The position numbers and the translations under genes were made by a program. The notes under the pieces are model-generated. The model had not been told where the DNA came from. It ran no database searches and saw only the letters and a program-made list of their open reading frames with translations. 64,000 nucleotides of DNA. It comes from Sedimentisphaerales bacterium. GTDB taxonomy: Bacteria; Planctomycetota; Phycisphaerae; Sedimentisphaerales; SM23-30. The stretch covers positions 3,554-67,553 of the forward strand of contig JAFGSR010000181.1 of NCBI GenBank assembly GCA_016934515.1, given 5' to 3'. Positions 62,799 to 64,000 of the stretch are shown here, piece after piece (within the stretch, counting starts at the first letter, position 1; every line of letters starts with the position of its first letter).

Positions 62799-63563
62799 TT
62801 AACGCTGCTGATTCCACGCTTGACCCCCATACTTTTCCTGAAGTTTGGCGGCACCGGCTTGTTCTGCATCGCTCAGAGATAAAATTTGAGGCAACAGGTC
62901 CATTCCCAGTGCGATTCTGTCCGCCATACTATTGGTCAATTTTTCCACCTCCGCCGGTATCTGAACCAGCCCATTCAGTGACGCTGATTTTTGCTGCTTA
63001 AAATGCCTGGCCAAAATCAACGAACCGTGCTGCAAAACAGCATTTTTCATCCGACGCTGCGCACTGCCTAGCAGTTTCTCCTCACCAACCACCAGATCCA
63101 GCCGATGTAAACGCGAAAAACAGAAAAACGACCCCCGCTGGGAGTTCCCCCGATCCTCACCGCCACGGTAATTGACCTGCACACCCAACTGAAGCAAAAC
63201 ATAAATAAACGCGTCATGCACCAAACGATATAATCCTTCAATATCGATCTTGGAATCATCAACCAGTGGAACAATGAGCGAATAAGTCAGCTCATCATCG
63301 TGCAATATCGCCCCACCGCCGGTTTGACGACGCACCATGGGCAATTTTCTGATAACCGCATCTTGAGCCAGATATTCATCGTGCTTTTGAAAGTAACCCA
63401 GCGATATCGTCGGTTCGGCCCATTGATAAAATCGCAGCGTAGCACCTTGACTACCCCCGTTCACCGCCTCCAGAATGGCTTCGTCCGTAGCCATGTTCAC
63501 CGGACCCGACTGAGCCGGATCGATTATCACACGTAAAACTGAATTGTCTGGATGATTTGGCAT
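62799..63563 (-). CDS. Biotin/lipoate A/B protein ligase-family enzyme (octanoyltransferase LipM / LplA-like)
   Basis: 254-aa ORF containing NMATDEAILEAV...ATLRFYQWAEPTISLGYFQ and RRQTGGGAILHDDELTYSL. It lies downstream of lipA on the same strand. Confidence 0.75.
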   Translation of the reverse strand: MPNHPDNSVLRVIIDPAQSGPVNMATDEAILEAVNGGSQGATLRFYQWAEPTISLGYFQKHDEYLAQDAVIRKLPMVRRQTGGGAILHDDELTYSLIVPLVDDSKIDIEGLYRLVHDAFIYVLLQLGVQVNYRGGEDRGNSQRGSFFCFSRLHRLDLVVGEEKLLGSAQRRMKNAVLQHGSLILARHFKQQKSASLNGLVQIPAEVEKLTNSMADRIALGMDLLPQILSLSDAEQAGAAKLQEKYGGQAWNQQR

Positions 63564-63613
63564 TAATTTTCGGTAGAGCTGAATGAATCAAAAAATCAAA
63601 CTGGTTAGCCACA

Positions 63614-64000
63614 TCACGGCTTTTTCTCCTGAAGACTTATTTCGGCATGATAACTGCTCCGAACGAAGGGCCCGGCTGCCACGTGATCAAAACCAAGCTG
63701 CTCGGCAACTTTTTTAATCTGCTCAAATTCTTCCGGCCGGTAATATCTCACCACCTCATGATTGTTCTTGCCGGGACGTAGGTACTGCCCAATAGTAAGC
63801 ATCTGAACCTGGGCATTTCGCAAATCCTGGAGTAGCTGTTTTATTTCAGCGTCCGTCTCACCCAGCCCAACCATGAAACCGCTTTTAACGGTTGGGTGTT
63901 GGCCTCTGCCCGCCACGTAATTCAGCACCGCCAACGACCGATCATAATCGGCACCGCTGCGAATTTCACCGCTCAGCCGACGCACCGTTTCCAGGTTGTG
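63614..64000 (-). CDS. lipA: Lipoyl synthase, C-terminal part (gene runs off the right window edge)
   Basis: The reverse-strand reading frame is open to the window end. It begins HNLETVRRLSGEIRSGADYDRSL and continues ...KSGFMVGLGETDAEI...LTIGQYLRP...FVRSSYHAE, the conserved C-terminal half of LipA. Confidence 0.88.
   Translation of the reverse strand, partial: HNLETVRRLSGEIRSGADYDRSLAVLNYVAGRGQHPTVKSGFMVGLGETDAEIKQLLQDLRNAQVQMLTIGQYLRPGKNNHEVVRYYRPEEFEQIKKVAEQLGFDHVAAGPFVRSSYHAEISLQEKKP

Overview
This is a 64-kb chromosomal window of roughly 50% G+C (by eye). It holds about 50 protein genes and one ncRNA. I found no rRNA, tRNA or CRISPR array by eye. The gene content suggests a PVC-superphylum bacterium, most likely Planctomycetota (Phycisphaerae-like). 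That call is an inference from these features: a Cys-type sulfatase and a Gfo/Idh/MocA oxidoreductase with twin-arginine signals, a PmoA-family/DUF1080 fusion, zinc-ribbon membrane proteins, rpoN, and many short dispersed intergenic repeats. The housekeeping backbone is ilvB-ilvN-ilvC (ilvC truncated at the left edge), hisI, glyQS, asnS, argH, smpB, an Rrf2 regulator with metY, rpoN, ffs-dnaX-ybaB-recR, and a lipoate ligase-family gene with lipA (truncated at the right edge). The main candidate for a new system is an 11-kb, nine-gene minus-strand operon at 13732-24817. It joins a recognisable 2-aminoethylphosphonate degradation trio (phnW, Zn-alcohol dehydrogenase, PhnX-like hydrolase) to seven other functions. 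These are a class-III aminotransferase-fold enzyme, two tandem pyrrolysine-free MtmB-family (monomethylamine methyltransferase-like) paralogs with no corrinoid partner, two overlapping citrate-synthase/citryl-CoA-lyase-fold paralogs, and a CoA-acylating aldehyde dehydrogenase. Other notable items follow. Three tandem paralogs encode double-zinc-ribbon membrane proteins. dnaX has an A9 slippery run with nearby stops in both alternative frames. The SRP RNA is of the large, Alu-domain type. A REP/RAYT module sits next to an AT-rich orphan ORF between two aminoacyl-tRNA synthetase genes. A histone-fold protein carries a Lys/Ala-rich tail, and an orphan cREC-like receiver lies beside it, both inside repeat-rich non-coding DNA. 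All family assignments come from motif-level reading and remembered reference sequences, not from database searches.
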